Origin: Escherichia coli
GTDB taxonomy: Bacteria > Pseudomonadota > Gammaproteobacteria > Enterobacterales > Enterobacteriaceae
Reading direction: 5' to 3' (one strand)
Assembly (NCBI RefSeq): GCF_003334255.1
Contig: NZ_QOWU01000011.1
DNA: 64,000 nt
In this document: one piece after another, positions 1 through 11,520 of the stretch
Layout of the letters: each line of letters begins with the position of its first letter
Position numbering within the stretch: the first letter of the stretch is position 1
Translations under genes and position numbers: made by a program
The notes under the pieces: generated by a model
The model's database searches: none
What the model saw: the letters and a program-made list of their open reading frames with translations, nothing else
Told to the model about the DNA's origin: nothing

Positions 1-249
1 CTCCAAATTCAGTATCGTGGACGCCAAATTGACAGAGAAAAACTGCTGCGTTACCTGGTCTCATTCCGTCATCACAACGAGTTCCACGAACAGTGCGTGG
101 AACGCATCTTTAATGACCTGTTACGCTTCTGCCAGCCAGAAAAATTGAGCGTTTACGCACGTTATACCCGTCGTGGCGGTCTGGACATTAACCCGTGGCG
201 CAGTAATAGCGATTTTGTCCCATCGACCACAAGACTGGTTCGGCAATAA
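1..249 (+). CDS. queF: 3' fragment of NADPH-dependent 7-cyano-7-deazaguanine reductase QueF; ORF enters from upstream of the window
   Basis: Frame 1 is open from nt 1 to TAA at 247-249 (tail ...[29 protein letters not shown]). Position directly upstream of ppnN fits E. coli gene order. Confidence 0.55.
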   Translation, partial: LQIQYRGRQIDREKLLRYLVSFRHHNEFHEQCVERIFNDLLRFCQPEKLSVYARYTRRGGLDINPWRSNSDFVPSTTRLVRQ

Positions 250-360
250 ATTTTTTCTCAATTTTGCGTGCTGGATTCACGCAGAAGGTTGTGAAAGGTC
301 ATCAGGCAGGGCTATTGTAATCAAAGGGAATGACGATATTCGTCCCATAAGGAGTTTTTC

Positions 361-1725
361 TTGATTACACATATTAGCCCGCTTGGCTCCATGGATATGT
401 TGTCGCAGCTGGAAGTGGATATGCTTAAACGCACCGCCAGCAGCGACCTCTATCAACTGTTTCGCAACTGTTCACTTGCCGTACTGAACTCCGGTAGTTT
501 GACCGATAACAGCAAAGAATTGCTGTCTCGTTTTGAAAATTTCGATATTAACGTCTTGCGCCGTGAACGCGGCGTAAAGCTGGAACTGATTAATCCCCCG
601 GAAGAGGCTTTTGTCGATGGGCGAATTATTCGCGCTTTGCAGGCCAACTTGTTCGCGGTCCTGCGTGACATTCTCTTCGTTTACGGGCAAATCCATAACA
701 CCGTTCGTTTTCCCAACCTGAATCTCGACAACTCCGTCCACATCACTAACCTGGTCTTTTCCATCTTGCGTAACGCTCGCGCGCTGCATGTGGGTGAAGC
801 GCCAAATATGGTGGTCTGCTGGGGCGGTCACTCAATTAACGAAAACGAGTATTTGTATGCCCGTCGCGTCGGAAACCAGCTGGGCCTGCGTGAGCTGAAT
901 ATCTGCACCGGCTGTGGTCCGGGAGCGATGGAAGCGCCGATGAAAGGTGCTGCGGTCGGACACGCGCAGCAGCGTTACAAAGACAGTCGTTTTATTGGTA
1001 TGACAGAGCCGTCGATTATCGCCGCTGAACCGCCTAACCCGCTGGTCAACGAATTGATCATCATGCCAGATATCGAAAAACGTCTGGAAGCGTTTGTCCG
1101 TATCGCTCACGGTATCATTATCTTCCCTGGCGGTGTGGGTACGGCAGAAGAGTTGCTCTATTTGCTGGGAATTTTAATGAACCCGGCCAACAAAGATCAG
1201 GTTTTACCATTGATCCTCACCGGCCCGAAAGAGAGCGCCGACTACTTCCGCGTACTGGACGAGTTTGTCGTGCATACGCTGGGTGAAAACGCGCGCCGCC
1301 ATTACCGCATCATCATTGATGACGCCGCTGAAGTCGCTCGTCAGATGAAAAAATCGATGCCGCTGGTGAAAGAAAATCGCCGTGATACAGGCGATGCCTA
1401 CAGCTTTAACTGGTCAATGCGCATTGCGCCAGATTTGCAAATGCCGTTTGAGCCGTCTCACGAGAATATGGCTAATCTGAAGCTTTACCCGGATCAACCT
1501 GTTGAAGTGCTGGCTGCCGACCTGCGCCGTGCGTTCTCCGGTATTGTGGCGGGTAACGTAAAAGAAGTCGGTATTCGCGCCATTGAAGAGTTTGGTCCTT
1601 ACAAAATCAACGGCGATAAAGAGATTATGCGTCGTATGGACGACCTGCTACAGGGTTTTGTTGCCCAGCATCGTATGAAGTTGCCAGGCTCAGCCTACAT
1701 CCCTTGCTACGAAATCTGCACGTAA
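361..1725 (+). CDS. ppnN: Pyrimidine/purine nucleotide 5'-monophosphate nucleosidase (LOG-family)
   Basis: 454-aa ORF with TTG start and AAGGAG at 351-356; translation recognised as E. coli YgdH/PpnN. Confidence 0.9.
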
Positions 1726-2281
1726 TCTCCGCTCCCCCGGTGACGTTTGTTGCCGGGTTTTCTCGTTTTTGGTCACTTACTCATCAACTCATTTCATTTG
1801 TTATATGAATGTTTCTTACCACCCTCACGCGACAAATATCATCACAGTTAATATGTCATACAATTTATGTTGCAACGCAAACGTTTCCCTATTTTCATAA
1901 ACCGTATTTTATCGCTATGAAAAAGAAATTATCGCCATGATTAACTAAAAGTATTGATTTTTTCAGTTCAACCTACATATATTGCGCGCCCCGGAAGAAG
2001 TCAGATGTCGTTTAATGGGCAAATATTGCCCTTAAATTCTCTTTTACTTTTGATTTACAGAGTAAAGCGTTGGGATAATCTATCTTCCAAGTAGATTATT
2101 GTATTTGAGATCAAGATCACTGATAGATACATAACTTGTGTGTATCTTTCCGCCCTCAAATTATTACGGCGGTAAATGATTAAGCCATCGCCGATAGACA
2201 GATTTCATTTTTACGGTCAGGCACCTTCCCGGGCTGAACTGGCTAAAAGCTGAATTATTTGCATTCCTCCAGGAGAAATAG

Positions 2282-3571
2282 ATGGAAACGACTCAAACCA
2301 GCACGATTGCGTCGAAAGACTCTCGTAGTGCCTGGCGCAAGACAGACACCATGTGGATGCTGGGCCTTTACGGCACGGCAATCGGCGCGGGCGTGCTGTT
2401 CCTGCCAATCAACGCCGGTGTTGGCGGTATGATCCCGCTGATCATCATGGCTATCCTTGCGTTCCCGATGACGTTTTTTGCTCACCGCGGCCTGACTCGC
2501 TTCGTACTGTCTGGTAAAAACCCGGGCGAAGACATCACCGAGGTTGTAGAAGAACACTTTGGTATTGGCGCAGGTAAACTGATTACCCTGCTCTACTTCT
2601 TCGCTATCTACCCGATCCTGCTGGTTTATAGCGTGGCAATCACCAATACCGTTGAAAGCTTCATGTCTCACCAGCTGGGTATGACGCCACCGCCGCGTGC
2701 GATTCTGTCGCTGATCCTGATCGTGGGTATGATGACCATCGTTCGCTTCGGTGAGCAGATGATCGTTAAAGCGATGAGTATTCTGGTATTCCCGTTTGTT
2801 GGCGTACTGATGCTGCTGGCTCTGTACCTGATCCCGCAGTGGAACGGCGCTGCACTGGAAACGCTGTCTCTGGACACTGCATCTGCAACCGGAAACGGTC
2901 TGTGGATGACCCTGTGGCTGGCAATTCCGGTAATGGTGTTCTCGTTCAACCACTCTCCGATCATCTCTTCTTTCGCCGTTGCGAAGCGTGAAGAGTACGG
3001 CGATATGGCAGAACAGAAATGCTCGAAGATCCTGGCATTCGCACACATCATGATGGTGCTGACCGTAATGTTCTTCGTCTTCAGCTGTGTACTGAGCCTG
3101 ACTCCGGCAGACCTGGCTGCGGCTAAAGAGCAGAACATCTCGATTCTGTCTTACCTGGCTAACCACTTTAACGCACCGGTTATCGCGTGGATGGCTCCGA
3201 TTATCGCGATTATCGCTATCACCAAATCCTTCCTCGGTCACTACCTGGGCGCACGTGAAGGCTTCAACGGTATGGTGATTAAATCTCTGCGTGGTAAAGG
3301 TAAGTCTATCGAAATCAACAAGCTGAACCGTATCACTGCGCTGTTCATGCTGGTAACGACCTGGATTGTTGCCACCCTGAACCCGAGCATCCTGGGTATG
3401 ATTGAAACCCTGGGCGGTCCAATCATCGCGATGATCCTGTTCCTGATGCCGATGTACGCAATTCAGAAAGTACCGGCAATGCGTAAGTACAGCGGTCACA
3501 TCAGCAACGTATTCGTTGTCGTGATGGGTCTGATTGCAATCTCCGCAATCTTCTACTCTCTGTTCAGCTAA
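2282..3571 (+). CDS. sdaC: Serine:H+ symporter (HAAAP family)
   Basis: 429-aa polytopic membrane ORF with GGAG RBS; recognised as SdaC; followed by sdaB. Confidence 0.95.
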   Translation: METTQTSTIASKDSRSAWRKTDTMWMLGLYGTAIGAGVLFLPINAGVGGMIPLIIMAILAFPMTFFAHRGLTRFVLSGKNPGEDITEVVEEHFGIGAGKLITLLYFFAIYPILLVYSVAITNTVESFMSHQLGMTPPPRAILSLILIVGMMTIVRFGEQMIVKAMSILVFPFVGVLMLLALYLIPQWNGAALETLSLDTASATGNGLWMTLWLAIPVMVFSFNHSPIISSFAVAKREEYGDMAEQKCSKILAFAHIMMVLTVMFFVFSCVLSLTPADLAAAKEQNISILSYLANHFNAPVIAWMAPIIAIIAITKSFLGHYLGAREGFNGMVIKSLRGKGKSIEINKLNRITALFMLVTTWIVATLNPSILGMIETLGGPIIAMILFLMPMYAIQKVPAMRKYSGHISNVFVVVMGLIAISAIFYSLFS

Positions 3572-3628
3572 GTCCTTTCGCGCCGCTTTCGGGCGGCGCT
3601 TCCTCCGTTTTAACGCGATGTATTTCCT

Positions 3629-4996
3629 ATGATTAGCGTATTCGATATTTTCAAAATCGGCATTGGCCCTTCCAGTTCTCATACCGTTGGACCAATGAAA
3701 GCGGGTAAACAATTTACCGACGATCTGATTGCCCGTAACCTGCTTAAAGACGTGACCCGCGTGGTGGTTGACGTGTACGGCTCGCTCTCTCTGACCGGTA
3801 AAGGCCACCACACTGATATCGCCATTATTATGGGCCTGGCGGGTAACCTGCCGGATACCGTGGATATCGATTCCATCCCCAGTTTTATTCAGGATGTGAA
3901 TACTCATGGTCGCCTGATGCTGGCAAACGGTCAGCATGAAGTGGAGTTCCCGGTTGATCAGTGCATGAACTTCCACGCCGACAACCTTTCTCTGCATGAA
4001 AACGGTATGCGCATTACCGCGCTGGCGGGCGATAAAGTCGTTTACAGCCAGACTTACTACTCTATTGGCGGTGGCTTTATCGTTGATGAAGAGCATTTTG
4101 GCCAGCAGGATAGCGCACCGGTTGAAGTTCCTTATCCGTACAGTTCAGCAGCCGATCTGCAAAAACATTGTCAGGAAACCGGGCTGTCACTCTCTGGCCT
4201 GATGATGAAAAACGAGCTGGCGCTGCACAGCAAAGAAGAGCTGGAACAGCACCTGGCGAACGTCTGGGAAGTCATGCGCGGCGGTATTGAGCGCGGTATT
4301 TCCACCGAAGGCGTGTTGCCTGGCAAACTGCGCGTTCCACGCCGTGCTGCGGCACTACGCCGGATGCTGGTCAGCCAGGATAAAACCACCACTGACCCGA
4401 TGGCGGTTGTTGACTGGATCAACATGTTTGCACTGGCAGTGAACGAAGAGAACGCTGCTGGCGGTCGCGTGGTGACTGCGCCGACTAACGGTGCGTGCGG
4501 GATTATCCCGGCAGTTCTGGCGTACTACGACAAGTTTATCCGCGAAGTGAACGCTAACTCACTGGCTCGTTACCTGCTGGTAGCCAGCGCCATTGGTTCT
4601 CTTTATAAGATGAACGCGTCGATTTCTGGTGCTGAAGTGGGTTGCCAGGGTGAAGTTGGCGTGGCGTGCTCAATGGCGGCGGCTGGTCTGGCAGAACTAT
4701 TAGGCGCAAGCCCGGCGCAGGTGTGCATCGCGGCGGAAATCGCCATGGAGCACAACCTCGGTCTGACGTGTGACCCGGTCGCCGGACAGGTACAGGTGCC
4801 ATGCATCGAGCGTAACGCCATTGCGGCAGTAAAAGCGGTGAACGCCGCACGTATGGCGCTGCGCCGTACCAGCGAGCCGCGCGTCTGCCTCGATAAAGTT
4901 ATCGAAACCATGTACGAAACAGGTAAAGATATGAACGCCAAGTACCGCGAAACCTCTCGCGGCGGCCTGGCAATGAAGATCGTTGCCTGCGATTAA
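3629..4996 (+). CDS. sdaB: L-serine dehydratase 2 (Fe-S)
   Basis: 455-aa ORF recognised as SdaB; sdaCB operon arrangement. Confidence 0.95.
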   Translation: MISVFDIFKIGIGPSSSHTVGPMKAGKQFTDDLIARNLLKDVTRVVVDVYGSLSLTGKGHHTDIAIIMGLAGNLPDTVDIDSIPSFIQDVNTHGRLMLANGQHEVEFPVDQCMNFHADNLSLHENGMRITALAGDKVVYSQTYYSIGGGFIVDEEHFGQQDSAPVEVPYPYSSAADLQKHCQETGLSLSGLMMKNELALHSKEELEQHLANVWEVMRGGIERGISTEGVLPGKLRVPRRAAALRRMLVSQDKTTTDPMAVVDWINMFALAVNEENAAGGRVVTAPTNGACGIIPAVLAYYDKFIREVNANSLARYLLVASAIGSLYKMNASISGAEVGCQGEVGVACSMAAAGLAELLGASPAQVCIAAEIAMEHNLGLTCDPVAGQVQVPCIERNAIAAVKAVNAARMALRRTSEPRVCLDKVIETMYETGKDMNAKYRETSRGGLAMKIVACD

Positions 4997-5863
<867 letters not shown>

Positions 5864-5869
5864 CGGCGA

Positions 5870-5899
5870 GCCGGATACGCCGCAAACGTCGTATCCGGC
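5870..5899. repeat. REP-like palindrome between convergent xni and fucO (likely bidirectional terminator)
   Basis: gccggatacg ... cgtatccggc inverted repeat with 10-bp arms. Confidence 0.45.
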
Positions 5900-5917
5900 A
5901 TTATCACATCAGCGCAT

Positions 5918-7069
5918 TTACCAGGCGGTATGGTAAAGCTCTACAATATCCTCAAGCGTTGCTTCACGCGGGTTGCCACCGGTACAAACATCATCCAGTG
6001 CCGCCTGCGCCAGTGCCGGAATGTCTTCCTTGCGTACACCAACATCACGCAAATGTGGCGGAATACCGACATCACGGTTGAGAGCAAACACCGCTTCAAC
6101 AGCGGCATTACGCGCCTCTTCCAGGCTCATACCTTCCACTTTCACGCCCATAACGCGCGCGATATCGCGGTACTTCTCACCGGTAAAGTCAGCGTTATAA
6201 CGCATGACATGCGGTAACAGGATGGCGTTCGCAACACCGTGTGGAGTGTTATAAAACGCGCCCAGTGGATGCGCCATACCATGCACCAACCCTAACCCAA
6301 CATTCGAGAAGCCCATACCCGCAACATACTGCCCGAGCGCCATTTCTTCTCCGGCATCCTTATCACCAGCAACCGATCCTCGCAGCGCCCCAGCAATGAT
6401 TTCAATCGCTTTAATGTGCAGTGCATCGGTTAGCGCCCACGCGCCACGGGTAATATACCCCTCAATAGCATGAGTGAGCGCATCGACACCCGTCGCAGCT
6501 TTCAGCGCTGGAGGCATACCATCCATCATGTCAGCGTCAATAAACGCCACCTGCGGGATATCATGCGGATCAACGCAAACAAACTTGCGCCGTTTCTCTT
6601 CGTCAGTGATCACGTAGTTAATGGTCACTTCTGCCGCAGTACCTGCTGTGGTAGGAATTGCCAGAATCGGTACACTGGGTTTATTGGTCGGGGAAAGCCC
6701 TTCCAGGCTACGCACATCGGCAAACTCCGGGTTGTTGCTGATAATGCCAATCGCTTTACAAGTATCCTGTGGAGAACCACCACCAATAGCGATCAGGTAA
6801 TCCGCGCCGCTATTCTGGAATACACCGAGCCCTTCTTTGACGACAGTAATTGTTGGGTTGGGCACTACGCCGTCGTAAATCGCCCATGCCAGCCCTGCAG
6901 CATCCATCTTATCGGTCACTTTCGCCACCACGCCGCATTGCACCAGCGTTTTATCGGTGACGATCAGCGCCTTCTGATAACCACGGCGTTTCACCTCATC
7001 GGTTAAAGCCCCAACAGCACCCCGACCAAACCATGCCGTTTCGTTCAGAATCATTCTGTTAGCCATCAT
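5918..7069 (-). CDS. fucO: L-1,2-propanediol oxidoreductase (lactaldehyde reductase), Fe-dependent alcohol dehydrogenase
   Basis: 382/383-aa ORF recognised as FucO. Two adjacent ATGs (7069 or 7066), both behind AAGGAG; start ambiguous by one codon. Confidence 0.9.
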   Translation of the reverse strand: MMANRMILNETAWFGRGAVGALTDEVKRRGYQKALIVTDKTLVQCGVVAKVTDKMDAAGLAWAIYDGVVPNPTITVVKEGLGVFQNSGADYLIAIGGGSPQDTCKAIGIISNNPEFADVRSLEGLSPTNKPSVPILAIPTTAGTAAEVTINYVITDEEKRRKFVCVDPHDIPQVAFIDADMMDGMPPALKAATGVDALTHAIEGYITRGAWALTDALHIKAIEIIAGALRGSVAGDKDAGEEMALGQYVAGMGFSNVGLGLVHGMAHPLGAFYNTPHGVANAILLPHVMRYNADFTGEKYRDIARVMGVKVEGMSLEEARNAAVEAVFALNRDVGIPPHLRDVGVRKEDIPALAQAALDDVCTGGNPREATLEDIVELYHTAW

Positions 7070-7093
7070 CCTTCTCCTTGTTGCTTTACGAAA

Positions 7094-7741
7094 TTACTCT
7101 TCAATTCGTAACCCATAGGTTTTGAATTTCTCCAGCACTACGGCAATCTCTTCATCGCTCAGCACTGGCACCGGGTCCGTAATCGCCAGGGTCGTCAGGT
7201 AAAGTTGCGCCAGCACTTCAACTTCATGCGCCAGCCATAACGCTTTTTCCAGATTCACCTCACAAGCGATAAGCCCATGATGTTGTAACAAAGTTGCCTT
7301 ACGATTTTTGAGAGCCAGCGCAACATGTTCAGAAAGTTCGCGTGTTCCAAAGGTCGCATAAGGCGCGCAAGGAATAGAATTACCGCCAGCCGCCGCAATC
7401 ATGTAGTGAATAGCGGGGATCGATCGGTTAAGAATGGAAACTGCCGTGCAATGAACGGCATGATTGTGAACAACCGCGTTGGCATCCGGTCTGCTTTGAT
7501 AGGCTGCCATATGGAAACGCCATTCGCTTGAGGGGAGCTTTCCTTCCTCATGTTTACCGTTGCCATCAATAAAGACAATATGCGACTCCGTCAGTTTTTC
7601 ATATGGAATGCCTGTAGGCGTAATCAGCATCCCATCCTGATAACGTACACTGACGTTCCCCGCTGTCCCCTGGTTCAGTCCCAGGCGGGTCATTTCCAGG
7701 CAAGTGTCAATAATCTGACGAGCAAGTTTATTTCGTTCCAT
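7094..7741 (-). CDS. fucA: L-fuculose-1-phosphate aldolase
   Basis: 215-aa ORF recognised as FucA; fucAO operon divergent from fucPIKUR. Confidence 0.95.
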   Translation of the reverse strand: MERNKLARQIIDTCLEMTRLGLNQGTAGNVSVRYQDGMLITPTGIPYEKLTESHIVFIDGNGKHEEGKLPSSEWRFHMAAYQSRPDANAVVHNHAVHCTAVSILNRSIPAIHYMIAAAGGNSIPCAPYATFGTRELSEHVALALKNRKATLLQHHGLIACEVNLEKALWLAHEVEVLAQLYLTTLAITDPVPVLSDEEIAVVLEKFKTYGLRIEE

Positions 7742-7929
7742 TAGCTACCTCTCTCTGATTCAAAACAGGGCAATAATGTTGTTCCTTTCACACTATTGAA
7801 TTAGCCGTTTAATTACCCACCATCTTCTTCCTGATTAACAAGAAAGAAATTCACAAGCTTATATTTTGTGACCTGGTTCAACTAATCACAGTAAATAACT
7901 GCAAGTTCTCTTTTTATAACCCCATTAAA

Positions 7930-8025
7930 AATGACCGCTCTTAAAAATATTTATCAAAACGGTCATTTTTCTATTCCTCCAAGCCCGGAATGACCGTTTT
8001 CGGCACAAACAATTAATACGGTCAT
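7930..8025. promoter_or_regulatory. Two tandem 34-bp inverted-repeat units (AATGACCG-N22-CGGTCATT) in the fucA-fucP divergent control region; candidate FucR operators
   Basis: tgaccg at 7932-7937 pairs with cggtca at 7960-7965; tgaccg at 7991-7996 pairs with cggtca at 8019-8024. Units are 59 bp apart. Confidence 0.4.
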
Positions 8026-8083
8026 CTGATTTGTGTTTTTTATGATTTATTTTCTGAAACGGGCATGAAATTTCGATTATTAA

Positions 8084-8139
8084 AGTGATGGTAGTCACAT
8101 AAAGTCACCTTCTAGCTAATAAGTGTGACCGCCGTCATA
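8084..8139. promoter_or_regulatory. Two CRP-like sites (TGTGA-N6-TCACA pattern) upstream of fucP
   Basis: aGTGAtggtagTCACA at 8084-8099 and TGTGAccgccgTCAtA at 8124-8139, each one mismatch from the core consensus. Confidence 0.4.
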
Positions 8140-8287
8140 TTACAGAGCGTTTTTTATTTGAAAATGAATCCATGAGTTCATTTCAGACAGGCAAATATTC
8201 ACTGATATGAAGCCCGAACTCGCTGGTTTTGCACTTTTGAAAACATAACCGATTACGTGCTTAAGCTTCTGAACCTAAGAGGATGCT

Positions 8288-9604
8288 ATGGGAAACACAT
8301 CAATACAAACGCAGAGTTACCGTGCGGTAGATAAAGATGCAGGGCAAAGCAGAAGTTACATTATTCCATTCGCGCTGCTGTGCTCACTGTTTTTTCTTTG
8401 GGCGGTAGCCAATAACCTTAACGACATTTTATTACCTCAATTCCAGCAGGCTTTTACGCTGACAAATTTCCAGGCTGGCCTGATCCAATCGGCCTTTTAC
8501 TTTGGTTATTTCATTATCCCAATCCCTGCTGGAATATTGATGAAAAAACTCAGTTATAAAGCAGGGATTATTACCGGGTTATTTTTATATGCCTTGGGTG
8601 CTGCATTATTCTGGCCCGCCGCAGAAATAATGAACTACACCTTATTTTTAGTTGGCCTATTTATTATTGCAGCCGGATTAGGTTGTCTGGAAACTGCCGC
8701 AAACCCTTTTGTTACGGTATTAGGGCCGGAAAGTAGTGGTCACTTCCGCTTAAATCTTGCGCAAACATTTAACTCGTTTGGCGCAATTATCGCGGTTGTC
8801 TTTGGGCAAAGTCTTATTTTGTCTAACGTGCCACATCAATCGCAAGACGTTCTCGATAAAATGTCTCCAGAGCAATTGAGTGCGTATAAACACAGCCTGG
8901 TATTATCGGTACAGACACCTTATATGATCATCGTGGCTATCGTGTTACTGGTCGCCCTGCTGATCATGCTGACGAAATTCCCGGCATTGCAGAGTGATAA
9001 TCACAGTGACGCCAAACAAGGATCGTTCTCCGCATCGCTTTCTCGCCTGGCGCGTATTCGCCACTGGCGCTGGGCGGTATTAGCGCAATTCTGCTATGTC
9101 GGCGCACAAACGGCCTGCTGGAGCTATTTGATTCGCTACGCTGTAGAAGAAATTCCAGGTATGACTGCAGGCTTTGCCGCTAACTATTTAACCGGAACCA
9201 TGGTGTGCTTCTTTATTGGTCGTTTCACCGGTACCTGGCTCATCAGTCGCTTCGCACCACACAAAGTCCTGGCCGCCTACGCATTAATCGCTATGGCACT
9301 GTGCCTGATCTCAGCCTTCGCTGGCGGTCATGTGGGCTTAATAGCCCTGACTTTATGCAGCGCCTTTATGTCGATTCAGTACCCAACAATCTTCTCGCTG
9401 GGCATTAAGAATCTCGGCCAGGACACCAAATATGGTTCGTCCTTCATCGTTATGACCATTATTGGCGGCGGTATTGTCACTCCGGTCATGGGTTTTGTCA
9501 GTGACGCGGCGGGCAACATCCCCACTGCTGAACTGATCCCCGCACTCTGCTTCGCGGTCATCTTTATCTTTGCCCGTTTCCGTTCTCAAACGGCAACTAA
9601 CTGA
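8288..9604 (+). CDS. fucP: L-fucose:H+ symporter (MFS)
   Basis: 438-aa membrane ORF recognised as FucP. Confidence 0.95.
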   Translation: MGNTSIQTQSYRAVDKDAGQSRSYIIPFALLCSLFFLWAVANNLNDILLPQFQQAFTLTNFQAGLIQSAFYFGYFIIPIPAGILMKKLSYKAGIITGLFLYALGAALFWPAAEIMNYTLFLVGLFIIAAGLGCLETAANPFVTVLGPESSGHFRLNLAQTFNSFGAIIAVVFGQSLILSNVPHQSQDVLDKMSPEQLSAYKHSLVLSVQTPYMIIVAIVLLVALLIMLTKFPALQSDNHSDAKQGSFSASLSRLARIRHWRWAVLAQFCYVGAQTACWSYLIRYAVEEIPGMTAGFAANYLTGTMVCFFIGRFTGTWLISRFAPHKVLAAYALIAMALCLISAFAGGHVGLIALTLCSAFMSIQYPTIFSLGIKNLGQDTKYGSSFIVMTIIGGGIVTPVMGFVSDAAGNIPTAELIPALCFAVIFIFARFRSQTATN

Positions 9605-9636
9605 ACATATTTTCCGAATAAAGTGAGGAATCTGTA

Positions 9637-11412
9637 ATGAAAAAAATCAGCTTACCGAAAATTGGTATCCGCCCGGTTATTGACGGTCGTCGCATGGGTG
9701 TTCGTGAGTCGCTTGAAGAACAAACAATGAATATGGCGAAAGCTACGGCCGCACTGCTGACCGAGAAACTGCGCCATGCCTGCGGAGCTGCCGTCGAGTG
9801 TGTCATTTCCGATACCTGTATCGCGGGTATGGCTGAAGCCGCTGCTTGCGAAGAAAAATTCAGCAGTCAGAATGTAGGCCTCACCATTACGGTAACGCCT
9901 TGCTGGTGCTATGGCAGTGAAACCATCGACATGGATCCAACCCGCCCGAAGGCCATTTGGGGCTTTAACGGCACTGAACGCCCCGGCGCTGTTTACCTGG
10001 CAGCGGCTCTGGCAGCTCACAGCCAGAAAGGCATCCCAGCATTCTCCATTTACGGTCATGACGTTCAGGATGCCGATGACACATCGATTCCTGCCGATGT
10101 TGAAGAAAAACTGCTGCGCTTTGCCCGCGCCGGTTTGGCCGTCGCCAGCATGAAAGGTAAAAGCTATCTGTCGCTGGGCGGCGTTTCGATGGGTATCGCC
10201 GGTTCCATTGTTGATCACAACTTCTTTGAATCCTGGCTGGGAATGAAAGTCCAGGCGGTGGATATGACCGAACTGCGTCGCCGTATCGATCAGAAGATTT
10301 ACGACGAAGCCGAATTGGAAATGGCACTGGCCTGGGCTGATAAAAACTTCCGCTATGGCGAAGATGAAAATAACAAACAGTATCAACGTAATGCCGAGCA
10401 AAGCCGCGCAGTTCTGCGCGAAAGTTTACTGATGGCGATGTGTATCCGCGACATGATGCAAGGCAACAGCAAACTGGCCGATATTGGTCGCGTGGAAGAA
10501 TCACTTGGCTACAACGCCATCGCTGCGGGCTTCCAGGGGCAACGTCACTGGACCGATCAATATCCCAATGGTGACACCGCCGAAGCGATCCTCAACAGTT
10601 CATTTGACTGGAATGGCGTGCGCGAACCCTTTGTCGTGGCGACCGAAAACGACAGTCTTAACGGCGTGGCAATGCTAATGGGTCACCAGCTCACCGGCAC
10701 CGCTCAGGTATTTGCCGATGTGCGTACCTACTGGTCACCAGAAGCAATTGAGCGTGTAACGGGGCATAAACTGGATGGACTGGCAGAACACGGCATCATC
10801 CATTTGATCAACTCCGGTTCTGCTGCGCTGGACGGTTCCTGTAAACAACGCGACAGCGAAGGTAACCCGACGATGAAGCCACACTGGGAAATCTCTCAGC
10901 AAGAGGCTGACGCTTGCCTCGCCGCTACCGAATGGTGCCCGGCGATCCACGAATACTTCCGTGGCGGCGGTTACTCTTCCCGCTTCCTTACCGAAGGCGG
11001 CGTCCCGTTCACCATGACTCGTGTCAACATCATCAAAGGCCTGGGACCGGTACTGCAAATCGCGGAAGGCTGGAGCGTGGAATTGCCGAAGGATGTGCAT
11101 GACATCCTCAACAAACGCACCAACTCAACCTGGCCAACCACCTGGTTTGCACCGCGCCTCACCGGTAAAGGGCCGTTTACGGATGTGTACTCGGTAATGG
11201 CGAACTGGGGCGCTAACCATGGGGTTCTGACCATCGGCCACGTTGGCGCAGACTTTATCACTCTCGCCTCCATGCTGCGTATCCCGGTATGTATGCACAA
11301 CGTTGAAGAGACCAAAGTGTATCGTCCTTCTGCCTGGGCTGCGCACGGCATGGATATTGAAGGCCAGGATTACCGCGCTTGCCAGAACTACGGTCCGTTG
11401 TACAAGCGTTAA
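9637..11412 (+). CDS. fucI: L-fucose isomerase
   Basis: 591-aa ORF recognised as FucI. Confidence 0.95.
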   Translation: MKKISLPKIGIRPVIDGRRMGVRESLEEQTMNMAKATAALLTEKLRHACGAAVECVISDTCIAGMAEAAACEEKFSSQNVGLTITVTPCWCYGSETIDMDPTRPKAIWGFNGTERPGAVYLAAALAAHSQKGIPAFSIYGHDVQDADDTSIPADVEEKLLRFARAGLAVASMKGKSYLSLGGVSMGIAGSIVDHNFFESWLGMKVQAVDMTELRRRIDQKIYDEAELEMALAWADKNFRYGEDENNKQYQRNAEQSRAVLRESLLMAMCIRDMMQGNSKLADIGRVEESLGYNAIAAGFQGQRHWTDQYPNGDTAEAILNSSFDWNGVREPFVVATENDSLNGVAMLMGHQLTGTAQVFADVRTYWSPEAIERVTGHKLDGLAEHGIIHLINSGSAALDGSCKQRDSEGNPTMKPHWEISQQEADACLAATEWCPAIHEYFRGGGYSSRFLTEGGVPFTMTRVNIIKGLGPVLQIAEGWSVELPKDVHDILNKRTNSTWPTTWFAPRLTGKGPFTDVYSVMANWGANHGVLTIGHVGADFITLASMLRIPVCMHNVEETKVYRPSAWAAHGMDIEGQDYRACQNYGPLYKR

Positions 11413-11433
11413 TACATTACTCCCTGATGTGAT

Positions 11434-11502
11434 GCCCGGTCGCTCCGGCTACCGGGCCTGAACAAGCAAGAGTGGTTAGCCGGATAAGCAATGTTATCCG
11501 GC
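11434..11502. repeat. REP-like palindromes between fucI and fucK
   Basis: gcccggtcgctccggctaccgggc (11434-11457) and gccggataagcaatgttatccggc (11479-11502). Confidence 0.5.
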
Positions 11503-11520
11503 TATATTGCAGGAGCGATT

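Noticed and set aside
2081-2115. Closely spaced GATC sites (gagatcaagatcactgataga) upstream of sdaC
   Set aside because: Only two GATC motifs; insufficient to call a Dam-regulated or SeqA-binding cluster.
2255-4096. 613-aa minus-strand ORF in the six-frame track
   Set aside because: Antisense to sdaC and sdaB, which have strong signals and recognisable products; low-complexity His/Arg/Gln-rich translation typical of a spurious antisense frame.
9652-10504. 249-aa and 179-aa minus-strand ORFs inside fucI
   Set aside because: Antisense to a well-supported gene, with no RBS and no recognisable product.
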